Shown here piece after piece: positions 12,221 to 20,636 of a stretch of 64,000 bases of DNA. The stretch's first letter is position 1. Each line of letters opens with the position of its first letter. Source of the stretch: Myxococcota bacterium (GTDB taxonomy: Bacteria; Myxococcota_A; UBA9160; UBA4427); the NCBI GenBank assembly GCA_965250285.1, contig OZ252299.1, positions 4,672,001 to 4,736,000 of the forward strand, given 5' to 3'. A program made the translations under genes and the position numbers. The notes below the pieces were generated by a model, which worked only from the letters and a program-made list of their open reading frames with translations, searched no databases and was not told where the DNA came from.

Positions 12221-12879
12221 CAGCGAGGCTCCTCTTGCAGGGGCGAAGCTCCATCGCTCGCGTCGCGTCCGTAGAGCCGGTCGATGCGCCGCTCCTGCTC
12301 GCCGCGCAACACCCGGCTGAACGGTTCGCCGAGCGTGCCGCACGCGCGACAGCGCACGCCGACGTGCCAGGCGTCGTAGTGCTCGTGCTCGACGCCACGG
12401 GCGGGCGCGTCGAGATCGAGATCGCGGTGCGCGAACACGGTAGTCACGGCGAAGGTCGATCGACGACAGGGCCGACAGCGCAGGGCTTCGAGCGGGGCCG
12501 CGTGACCGCGGTCGTCTTCGGCCTCGAGCAGCTGCGTGCGCTGACCGCAGCGTGTGCAATCCAGTCGAATCGGCGGTGAGAGGCGCCCGGCCACGGCGTC
12601 CTCGCCCGATGCGACGCCCTGCAGTTCGCGCCACACCCGCAGCACCGAACGCAGGACATAGCCGCCCTGCCCTTGCCGCATCGCCACCGGCACCCCGAGC
12701 ACGCGAAACGCATCGCTTCCGCACGTGCAGACCAGCTGATGACCGACCTCGAATCGCTCGAGCGGCAGCGCACTGTCGGCGCGCGCCGTCGTGAGCCCGT
12801 CGAGCAGGCGCGGCGGATGACTCGCGAGGTGATCGCGCACCGTGGACGACAACGGCTGAACCTCTCTGCATGCTCCCAT
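12220..12879 (-). CDS. Hypothetical multi-Cys (zinc-ribbon-like) protein
   Basis: CTCG, CTRC, CRPC and CRAC motifs; stop overlaps the cytochrome c start (TGATG). Start uncertain. Confidence 0.6.
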   Translation of the reverse strand: MGACREVQPLSSTVRDHLASHPPRLLDGLTTARADSALPLERFEVGHQLVCTCGSDAFRVLGVPVAMRQGQGGYVLRSVLRVWRELQGVASGEDAVAGRLSPPIRLDCTRCGQRTQLLEAEDDRGHAAPLEALRCRPCRRSTFAVTTVFAHRDLDLDAPARGVEHEHYDAWHVGVRCRACGTLGEPFSRVLRGEQERRIDRLYGRDASDGASPLQEEPR

Positions 12880-12984
12880 GCTGCGTTTCGGCGGCTCGAG
12901 CGAGCGTGGCCGGCAGCGCACCGGGCCATTCCTTGGATGCCGGGCCGCGGCGAATTCGGTCGCCGACCGGCTCGGCTCTCCTCT

Positions 12985-13135
12985 GTCGCTGCGGCGCTCA
13001 TCCGTCGCCGCGGCGCTCATTCATCGCCGCGGCGCTCCGCAGCCACCGGGGCGCTCTTCAGTCGCTGCGGCGCTCCTCAACCGCTGCGGCGCTCCTCAGT
13101 CGCCGCGGCGCGATTCGGCCACCCCGGCGCTACTC
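12985..13135. repeat. 19-bp degenerate tandem repeat x8, starting at a stop codon
   Basis: gtcgc(t/c)gcggcgctc-type units at 12985, 13004, 13023, 13042, 13061, 13080, 13099 and 13118. Confidence 0.85.
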
Positions 13136-13645
13136 GTCGGGCTCGGCTGGCGGGGGCTCCGGGACGGCGCTGAGCCAGGCCTCGGGTGGACACATCGGCT
13201 GCACGATGCCGCCGCCGGGGCGCAGGGCCCGCCAGGTGTACACCTGACCCGCGAGGGTCCTTGCCCGGACGCCCGTGAGCTGGCCCCCGCACTCGGGCAG
13301 CTCCCAGGGCTCGCCGTCTTCTTCGATCCAGGTGAGCGCCGTCGGCTCGCCGACCGGTGAGGCCAGCGCCACGACGTTCATGCCGGGGTGATCGACCTCG
13401 ACCGCGCCGTAGTAGACGAAGCCCTCGAGCCAACGCTGACCATCGCTCAGGGGAATGCCGTTGAGCGTCTGGCCAACGCGGTCGTCGGGGAGCGTGCGCA
13501 GATACTCGACCGCGAGCGGCATGCTCACCGCGGTCCAGGCGGGCGATCCCGGCACGGTCTCAGGCGGTCCCGAAGGTCGGCGAGGTCCCCCGCCCCCGCA
13601 GCCGGCCACCAGGATCAGCACGACCAACAGCCCTGCGCGTCGCAT
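13130..13645 (-). CDS. Hypothetical lipoprotein
   Basis: MRRAGLLVVLILVAGC lipobox. Confidence 0.7.
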   Translation of the reverse strand: MRRAGLLVVLILVAGCGGGGPRRPSGPPETVPGSPAWTAVSMPLAVEYLRTLPDDRVGQTLNGIPLSDGQRWLEGFVYYGAVEVDHPGMNVVALASPVGEPTALTWIEEDGEPWELPECGGQLTGVRARTLAGQVYTWRALRPGGGIVQPMCPPEAWLSAVPEPPPAEPDE

Positions 13646-13686
13646 GTGCGCAGGGCGACCGGGGCGTCTCGTCGGGCGTGCGCGGG

Positions 13687-14082
13687 TCAGGACGTCACCT
13701 CGGCGGGGGCCGCCTTCGAGCGCAGCGCGAAGATCGCAAGCGCCGAGGCGGTGGCCTCGTAGGCGGCCGCGCCCAGGTTGTACGAGCTCGCGCCATGCAT
13801 CCATAGGCCGAACACCCGGCCGAGAAAGAGGGAGCCGACGATGAGGGCGACGGCCCAGAGCGCGGTCGACTGCATGCGCTCGTTGCGGGCGCCGAGCACG
13901 AGCAGCACACCAAAGCCGATCTGGAGCCCGCCATACATCGCGACGATCTCGACGGTGCCGCTCGCGTTGCCGAGCTCGAAGCCGGCGTAGCCGGCGGGGA
14001 GCCCGGGGCTCGCGAGACAGGCGAGCCCATAGAAGATGAACGCAGCGGCGTTCACCCAGAGGAAGATCGGGACCCAGCTCAT
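13687..14082 (-). CDS. DUF4345-like membrane protein
   Basis: Four TM segments; EIVAMYGGLQIGFG and GRVFG motifs. Confidence 0.75.
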   Translation of the reverse strand: MSWVPIFLWVNAAAFIFYGLACLASPGLPAGYAGFELGNASGTVEIVAMYGGLQIGFGVLLVLGARNERMQSTALWAVALIVGSLFLGRVFGLWMHGASSYNLGAAAYEATASALAIFALRSKAAPAEVTS

Positions 14083-14414
14083 TCGTTCCTCCCCGACCGG
14101 GTCGGTGCCCCGGTCTCGATGTCGCCGTCGCCAGCGGCACTGCGTTCATTCATGACGGCGCGAATCGCGCGCCGGTAGAGCTCTGCCTCGGTCCAGTCGG
14201 GATAGCGCACTCGAACGGCTTCGAGACGGGCCTCGACCTGGGCCGCGTCGCCCCCGCATGCCTGAAGCAGAAAGGCGCGGTCGTCGTCGGGTGCGGCGCC
14301 CTTCTGCAGCCGTCGCAGCCCGAGCTGCTTCACCAGCCGTTGTCCGGGCCCCATCGTGACGAAGATCGCGACGACGGCGCCGCCGACCAGCACGACCATC
14401 AACGTCTCGATCAT
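14079..14414 (-). CDS. Hypothetical membrane-anchored protein
   Basis: N-terminal TM segment; ATGA-coupled to the next gene. Confidence 0.6.
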   Translation of the reverse strand: MIETLMVVLVGGAVVAIFVTMGPGQRLVKQLGLRRLQKGAAPDDDRAFLLQACGGDAAQVEARLEAVRVRYPDWTEAELYRRAIRAVMNERSAAGDGDIETGAPTRSGRNE

Positions 14415-14448
14415 GCCGGGCTCCGATGCGCGCGTCGACGGGGCGAAG

Positions 14449-14676
14449 TCACAGGTCGAGGTGGTTGCGAACGAAGGCGCGGCTCAGATACCAGCCGGCG
14501 GCGAACGTGACGAGCGTGCCCCAGAACCGAATCATCATCGACTGGTCGAGCAGCCCCTGAAAGACCAGGTAGGCCGGCAGCCCGCTGCCCAGCGCCACGA
14601 CCATGAACTTGGTCAACGCGCGCTCCCTGTGGCACGCCCGCGGCCCGCCCCCTGCGAGCACGGCGAGTTCGATCAT
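14449..14676 (-). CDS. Small membrane protein
   Basis: Two hydrophobic segments; ATGA overlap with the methyltransferase. Confidence 0.55.
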   Translation of the reverse strand: MIELAVLAGGGPRACHRERALTKFMVVALGSGLPAYLVFQGLLDQSMMIRFWGTLVTFAAGWYLSRAFVRNHLDL

Positions 14677-15512
14677 ACACCGCTGCGCTCGGAGATCGCG
14701 TCACCCGGGCGCGTGAGACACGCCGCGTACTCGGGCGACTCGCCGAGCCGAGCGAGGATGCGGGTCTCGAGACCCGCCTCGTGGCCCAGCGCGACGAGCG
14801 CTTCGGCGCCGACGTAGATCCACTCGAAGGGGGCGCCGCGCGCGCCGCGGTACCCGAACGAAACGCGCGTCTCACCGGCGAGGGCGGCGTCTTCGATCGG
14901 CGCCGACGGATCGGCGGGCACCGCACACTCGACGCGCTGGTCGAAACCGGGGCCGGTCGGTGCGCTCGAGTCGAGCACGATGCGACCGCCTCTTCGCAGC
15001 AACCCGGGGCGCTGTTGCAAGCCACGCAGCAGGGCGACCAGGGCATCGACCCGGCCCGTCAGGCCGATCGTCTGCATGCCGAACAGGAGCGTGTCGAACG
15101 CGCCGAGGTCGGGCCCGTGGGCCTCATCGAGCAGCGACCAGACGTCGACGTGGCGGGCGTCGCGCACGCCGCGCTCCTGCATCAGCCCCACACAATCGCT
15201 CGACACATCGATGGCGCAGACGTCGTGGCCGCGGGCTTCGAGCGCGAGCGTGTGCCGCCCCGCGCCGGCACCGACGTCGAGCACGCGTCCCACGCAGGCA
15301 CCGAGCAGCGCGTCGTCGATCACCGACTGCTCACCTTCGAGCTCGAAGAACGCGCTCGTGTCGAGGTCGTACTGTAGATCGCCGCTGCGGGTGACTCGCA
15401 GCGCACGCGAGCGTCCGGTGCGCGCGTGATCGACGAGCGCGCGGGCGAGCGGCACCTGTGCTTCGACGCGCCGAGGGATGCGCAGCCAGTCGACGAGCGC
15501 GCGGAGGCTCAC
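14673..15512 (-). CDS. Class I SAM-dependent methyltransferase
   Basis: VLDVGAGAGRH motif; GTG 15512 overlaps the stop of the last repeat mini-ORF. Confidence 0.85.
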   Translation of the reverse strand: MSLRALVDWLRIPRRVEAQVPLARALVDHARTGRSRALRVTRSGDLQYDLDTSAFFELEGEQSVIDDALLGACVGRVLDVGAGAGRHTLALEARGHDVCAIDVSSDCVGLMQERGVRDARHVDVWSLLDEAHGPDLGAFDTLLFGMQTIGLTGRVDALVALLRGLQQRPGLLRRGGRIVLDSSAPTGPGFDQRVECAVPADPSAPIEDAALAGETRVSFGYRGARGAPFEWIYVGAEALVALGHEAGLETRILARLGESPEYAACLTRPGDAISERSGV

Positions 15513-15667
15513 GACCGCTGCCAACCTGTCGATGCTTCGAAGCCGGGGCTCATGACCGCTCCCATCCCGTCGATGTGTCGAAGCCGGGGCTCATGACCGC
15601 TCCCATCCCGTCGATGTGTCAAAGCCGGGGCTCATGACCGCTCCCATCCCGTCGATGTGTCGAAGCC
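15504..15667 (-). repeat. 41-bp tandem repeat x4 of a gene stop/start junction
   Basis: tca(t/c)gaccgc at 15509, 15550, 15591 and 15632. Confidence 0.95.
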
Positions 15668-16078
15668 GAGCAGGTTGTCGTCGGCGTCGGCGAGCCAGAG
15701 CGCGCCCTCGCGTTCGTCGACGAAGCGCCAGTCGAAGGTCACGCGGTCGATCCGCCAGCGCTCCCGCCCTTCTTCATCGATCACCGCGAGCCCGTGTTCA
15801 GTGAGCACCGCGAAGCCACCGGCGATCGCGACGATCGACAGCTGGGCCGCGTTCGGGATGCGATCACCGAGCGGCAGACGTCGCGGCTCGGCCACGCTGG
15901 GCGCCACCCACCAGAGCGCAGCCTCCCCCGCACAGCCAACCAGCGCGGCGTCGCCCGAGCGTGCGGCCGCACCGGCGACCGCTCGGCGCGTCAGCCGTGC
16001 AGTCGAGAACGCGAACGAGACGCGCGCGGCTTCGGGCCGATCGATCTCGAGGCGTCCCGGCGGCTCGATCCGCACCAC
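15632..16078 (-). CDS. Hypothetical protein
   Basis: Sits in the operon; the frame stays open upstream to about 16135, so the start is uncertain. Confidence 0.55.
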   Translation of the reverse strand: MVRIEPPGRLEIDRPEAARVSFAFSTARLTRRAVAGAAARSGDAALVGCAGEAALWWVAPSVAEPRRLPLGDRIPNAAQLSIVAIAGGFAVLTEHGLAVIDEEGRERWRIDRVTFDWRFVDEREGALWLADADDNLLGFDTSTGWERS

Positions 16079-16131
16079 GACGTCACCCGAGAGGGCGAGC
16101 TCGAGCCACGGCCCCTGCTCGGGCGGCGGGC

Positions 16132-16605
16132 TCAGAGCTTCAGCCTCAGGCCGTGGCCCATGTGGGCGGCCTGGCTTGCGAGAAACTGCAGCTTCGACAG
16201 CGTGCGCTGATACTCGCGGTTGTCGACGGCGAGGCGATAGTCGATCGGGGGCGAGCCGAACTCGGCGGCGATCAACAGATCGTGCTCGGCGCCGTAGGTC
16301 TGGCGATCGGCCTCATAGAACACGCGCAGCACGTCGGTCATCGCGGTGGGGGACAGCACGGCTTCGCCCCCTTCGCGCAGCGGACCCACGTCGAGCGGCA
16401 GGGCCGCGAGCGACTCGACGACGCCATGAGCGAACAGCGAGTGGTACGAGTTCGGCGCGAGCTCGACGCGCGTGTCGGTCTCGAAGAAGCCGTCGTCGGA
16501 GAGCCACACCACACCCGCTTCGCCGCGCCGAAAGGGCGGCCCGGCGTCGCTTCTCGGGTCGTAGTAGTGGACGGGGCGACTCATGGATTCGATGGGGCGC
16601 GCCAT
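16132..16605 (-). CDS. Hypothetical protein
   Basis: Protein-like composition and strong GC3 bias; start at 16605 or 16584. Confidence 0.65.
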   Translation of the reverse strand: MARPIESMSRPVHYYDPRSDAGPPFRRGEAGVVWLSDDGFFETDTRVELAPNSYHSLFAHGVVESLAALPLDVGPLREGGEAVLSPTAMTDVLRVFYEADRQTYGAEHDLLIAAEFGSPPIDYRLAVDNREYQRTLSKLQFLASQAAHMGHGLRLKL

Positions 16606-16630
16606 GCCGGCGCAATGCGCCGGTCGAGGC

Positions 16631-16879
16631 TCAGGAGGCGGGCAGACGGCTGGGTCGGTTCGCCTCGTCTCCGACGAAGCTGCGCCACTCGTCGTCATCC
16701 ACGGGCTCGGTGCGGCCGTCGGCGTGTCCCTTCAGATGGGCGCCGCAGTTCATGCACTCGATGTAGTGACGAAGCGGCTGACGTGGGCCCGCGCGATCGA
16801 TCGATCGGCGGAGCCACAGCCGACTCGGTTCGCCGTGCGCATCACAATCCACGCAGCGCAGAGAGAAGATCGGGTCGAT
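16631..16879 (-). CDS. Small zinc-ribbon protein
   Basis: CVDC...CMNC pair; needs a start upstream of GTG 16852, possibly ATC 16879. Confidence 0.5.
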   Translation of the reverse strand: MDPIFSLRCVDCDAHGEPSRLWLRRSIDRAGPRQPLRHYIECMNCGAHLKGHADGRTEPVDDDEWRSFVGDEANRPSRLPAS

Positions 16880-16962
16880 GACGCCTGCCCCCCGATCGCG
16901 ACCATACCGAAGCGGCGATGGCGCGCCCAGAAGAGCACGTCGGGTTCGCGCTGGCGTGCGCC

Positions 16963-17643
16963 TCAGGGCACGACGATCTCGGCCTTCTCGATCACGACGT
17001 CTCGGCGCGGCCGGCCACTCTCGCTGCCCGACGCCTCCATCGAGCGCAGCGTCCCGAGCCCTTCGACGACCTGACCGAAGACCGTGTGCTTCTCGTCGAG
17101 ATGCGGAGCTTCGCCGAACAGAATGAAGAACTGACTGCCGTCGGTGCGCGGGCCCGAGTTGGCCATGCTCACCACGCCGCGCTCGTCGTGCTTGGCCTTC
17201 TTGTGGAACTCGCCGGCGTAGCGAAAGCCGGGCCCGCCCGTGCCCGTGCCCAGCGGATCGCCACCCTGCGCCATGAACTTGGGGATGATGCGGTGGAACG
17301 TGAGACCGTCATAGAACCCGAGCTTCGTGAGATAGATCGTCGACGCGACGTGCCGCGGCGCGTACTGCGGCAACAGCTCGATCTTCAACATGCCGACGTT
17401 CGTGTCGAGCACCCAGAAGTACTGCTGGTTCGGATCGAAGGCCGCGGCGGGCGGGCGGGGCACGTGGGTCTTCCATTCGGGATCGCCCTTGTCGATCGCT
17501 CGGTCGACGATGAAGGCATCGATCGTCTCGATCGGATCGGGCCCGTCGTAGGCCGGCGGCGGCACCTCGGCCTGTTTGCCACCGCAGGCGGTCAGCCAGA
17601 GCGCCAGGGCGAGCAGCACGATCGAACGCGAAGACGACGTCAT
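16963..17643 (-). CDS. Cyclophilin-type peptidyl-prolyl isomerase, lipoprotein
   Basis: FYDGLTFHRIIPKFMAQGGDP and SMANSGPRTDGSQFFI motifs; lipobox LTAC. Confidence 0.95.
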   Translation of the reverse strand: MTSSSRSIVLLALALWLTACGGKQAEVPPPAYDGPDPIETIDAFIVDRAIDKGDPEWKTHVPRPPAAAFDPNQQYFWVLDTNVGMLKIELLPQYAPRHVASTIYLTKLGFYDGLTFHRIIPKFMAQGGDPLGTGTGGPGFRYAGEFHKKAKHDERGVVSMANSGPRTDGSQFFILFGEAPHLDEKHTVFGQVVEGLGTLRSMEASGSESGRPRRDVVIEKAEIVVP

Positions 17644-17864
17644 TGCGGGATCCCCTCGGCCCTCCGGCCGGTGTGCGGTGCAGCCAAGCGGCCAACGATC
17701 CCCGATCGCTCACCGGGCCGCAATCCGCCCTCAGCAACCGATCTGGGCGATGCTCCCGGTCGAAACGGGCCAGGCCGTTCAGCGCGGATCGGGGCGCGCA
17801 CCGCTCGATCCATCCGGCGCGGCGCGACCGAATCGGTCCGCCGGCGCAGACGAAAGGAGCCGTC

Positions 17865-18179
17865 ATGCGCGTGATCTACGTGAGCTGCAAGCCCGACGCC
17901 GCTTCGGCGCTGGCCGAGACACTGGTCGACGAGCGCCTCGTCGCTTGCGTCTCGATCCTGCCCGGGGTCGAGTCGGTCTACCGGTGGGAAGGTCGCGTCG
18001 AGCGCGAGACCGAGGCGGTGCTGCTCATCGAGACGGGCGACGACGTCGTAAACGCTGCCGTGGCGCGCATCGAAGCACTCCACGACTACGACGTTCCGAA
18101 GATCGTCGTGCTGGACGACGTGCGAGCGACGGCCGCGTATGCGGAGTGGGTCGACGCCGAGACGCGCGGCGAACGCTGA
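17865..18179 (+). CDS. cutA: Divalent-cation tolerance protein CutA
   Basis: LVDERLVAC, SVYRWEG and HDYDVP motifs; AAAGGAG RBS. Confidence 0.92.
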   Translation: MRVIYVSCKPDAASALAETLVDERLVACVSILPGVESVYRWEGRVERETEAVLLIETGDDVVNAAVARIEALHDYDVPKIVVLDDVRATAAYAEWVDAETRGER

Positions 18180-18807
18180 CCGGGCTGATGACGCAGTGCG
18201 CATGGCGGCGGCTTCTACGCAGTGCGTCGAGATCGCGCGACGCGGCGTGGCGAACGATCGCGTCTGCACGGAGTGCACGGGAGACGCATTGGACGCTCGA
18301 GGCGTGACCGACAGTCGCGTGCGCAGCCGTGGGCCGACCCATGGGAAACGAACAGATGCCGTTCAACGCAACGTCGCGGCGACGGGCGAATCAGGTCGTG
18401 TATGAAATCGAATCGATGAAGTTGAGGAGTCCGACCGGCGCCAACGAGGGAGAAGAGCTCGTGGCGCCGGGCGGACACCCGGCGGTCTGCTATGGGCCGG
18501 GTCGATCTCGGGTGCGGCTTCCCTCGACCAACCCGACGTGCGCAACTGACGCAGCAACTGCTTTCGCCGATTTGGCAATTCCGGCATGGGGTTGCCTTGA
18601 CTCCAGTCTAGCCCCGCCGGATTGTGATGGTCAACACGACGAGCAGCCATGCCGACTCGAATTCAAAATGTGGGGAAACACCCTGACTGGGCCGGTCGAT
18701 CGATGCGCGTCGGGGTGCTGAATCGCGTCTCGACGTAGAGACAATAGTTATGTCGAAAGCTGCTGACGGGAGCGAATCGTTCCCGAGGACTTCGGGTCGA
18801 ATCCGGC

Positions 18808-19176
18808 TCAGGCGAGCAGGCTCTGGCCGATCCGGATTCGGTGGCCCCATGGATCGGCCACCTCGAACTCGCGCATCTGCCAAGGGCGATCGGCGAGTTC
18901 ACTCGTGATCGGCGCCTCGGCCGCCTGCGCCGCGGCGTAGACCGCGTCGACGTCGGCGACTCGAACGCACAGGATCGAGCCCGCCGTCGAGACTTCGGCC
19001 GACGCCACCTGTTGAAAAAAGATCTCGGTCGTGCCGTTGTAGACCGCGCCGAAGTCGCGCGCGTCGTTGCGCCAGACGACGCGGCAACCGAGGTAGACGC
19101 GATACCACTCGAGCGCCGCCTCGAGGTCGGGCACGTTCAGCTGGACGGTGACGTGCGTCCAGGCCGATTCGCTCAC
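18808..19176 (-). CDS. VOC/glyoxalase family protein
   Basis: VADVDAVY and PWQMREFEVADPWGHRI motifs. Confidence 0.88.
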   Translation of the reverse strand: MSESAWTHVTVQLNVPDLEAALEWYRVYLGCRVVWRNDARDFGAVYNGTTEIFFQQVASAEVSTAGSILCVRVADVDAVYAAAQAAEAPITSELADRPWQMREFEVADPWGHRIRIGQSLLA

Positions 19177-19311
19177 GACCACGCTCCCCGATCGGACGAC
19201 GATGCAGCGGTCGAGTGCGCACTGATCCGGTGTGCCCGCATGCCCGCGATCGACGAGGCGCGCTCAGGCGCGAGCGCATTACCCGAACGAAGCGAAGCAT
19301 GCGGATGCGAA

Positions 19312-19433
19312 GTCGGCAGGCCGAGCGTCCCGCCCCTCATCGACGAATCGATCGTCGGCAGGCCGAACCCGCGGCCCCTCTTCGACGAATCGACAGTCGG
19401 CAGGCCGAACGCGCGGCCCCTCATCGACGGATC
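19312..19433. repeat. 42-bp tandem repeat x3 immediately after a stop codon
   Basis: gtcggcaggccga at 19312, 19354 and 19396. Confidence 0.85.
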
Positions 19434-19435
19434 GC

Positions 19436-19999
19436 CTACCAGAGCGCGGTCGGCGAGCGACCGCTCGCGGCGCGCAGATCACGGCGCCTCGAGCGCCGGC
19501 GGCGAATGCGCTGATGCAGCGCCTTTCGGCGCGCAACGACCCATTCCTCGCGGATCTTGGGATCTTCGTCCTGCCCGAAGCGATCCTCGTGGGTCTCGCG
19601 GAACGAGCAGAAATCCTGGTACGCCTCGAGCTCGTGCTCGAGCTCGATCACGACGAGCTCGACCATGATTGCGTCGTCGAGGTAGCCGAGCACGGGCACC
19701 TTGTCGGGGATCATGTCTTCGGGCTCTGCGAAGTAGGCGAGCCCGTTCACCACGCGCTCGCGATCCTTGCCGCTGAGCGCCCAGTCGGTGTCTTCGAGCA
19801 TGTCGATCAGCTCGGTGAGCCGCCCCATGCGGGCCGTGACGAATTCGGGGGCGTTGGCGGCCCCCATGTCGACGAGCAGCGTACGGGAGGCTTCGATGAT
19901 CTCGACTTCGCCCTTGTCCTTGCTGCGATTGCGCACTTCGCGCATGACGCCTCGGAAGTACTTGAGATCGGCGTCGCTCAGATCGAAGCTGATGCGCAT
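19436..19999 (-). CDS. DUF1232/YkvA family protein
   Basis: LAYFAEPEDMIPDKVPVLGYLDDA motif. Confidence 0.88.
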   Translation of the reverse strand: MRISFDLSDADLKYFRGVMREVRNRSKDKGEVEIIEASRTLLVDMGAANAPEFVTARMGRLTELIDMLEDTDWALSGKDRERVVNGLAYFAEPEDMIPDKVPVLGYLDDAIMVELVVIELEHELEAYQDFCSFRETHEDRFGQDEDPKIREEWVVARRKALHQRIRRRRSRRRDLRAASGRSPTALW

Positions 20000-20195
20000 C
20001 GGTTCCTCCGCCCGGGTGTGATCGTTCAGGGCGCTCAAGCCTACCATGCGCCGATTCGCTGGGGCAGGGGACCTCTGCGTGACGTTGTCGGCCTCGGCGC
20101 GCCCGGTCGATTGACGATTCGTCACGACCGAGAAGCGGCAGCGGGCACGCAACCTCGCCGCACCGCGGCAGCGACTGCCGCGCGCATGCGCGGGG

Positions 20196-20636
20196 TCAGC
20201 CGGGCTCGGCGGCGGCCGGCGCGGGCACCGGGGGCGACGGAAACTCGAGCACCGCCGTCACCGTCTTGCCGCCATAGCCGTGCTGGCTGTCGTGGGCTCG
20301 AACGACCACCTCGGTCACGCCTTCGGGAATCTCCACGCCCACCAGGCCGCGGACGAAGGGCTGTTCGTGCACATGGGGATGGCGCAAGACACGGGTCCCC
20401 AGCACCTCACCGTCGGGCGACACGATCTCGAAGCGGTCGGCGTAGTGGCGCTCGCCGGTGTCGGAGTGCAGCACCTTCGCCTGGAAGTCGCAGATCCGCA
20501 TCGTGCTGCAGACCGCGTTCACCTCGAGCACGGCCGCCTCGCCCGCCCGGGCCGGGGCCGACGTGACGCTCGCCCCGAGATACGTCACAAGGCCGAACGC
20601 CCACACCGAGCAGCCGAGTCGCCGGGCGCGGCTCAT
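20196..20636 (-). CDS. Secreted hypothetical protein
   Basis: Signal peptide; HYADRF, HPHVHEQPF and AHDSQHG motifs; ATGA-coupled. Confidence 0.7.
   Translation of the reverse strand: MSRARRLGCSVWAFGLVTYLGASVTSAPARAGEAAVLEVNAVCSTMRICDFQAKVLHSDTGERHYADRFEIVSPDGEVLGTRVLRHPHVHEQPFVRGLVGVEIPEGVTEVVVRAHDSQHGYGGKTVTAVLEFPSPPVPAPAAAEPG

Noticed and set aside
18329..18721. 130-aa plus-strand ORF
   Set aside because: Lacks host codon bias and recognisable motifs; not called as a gene.
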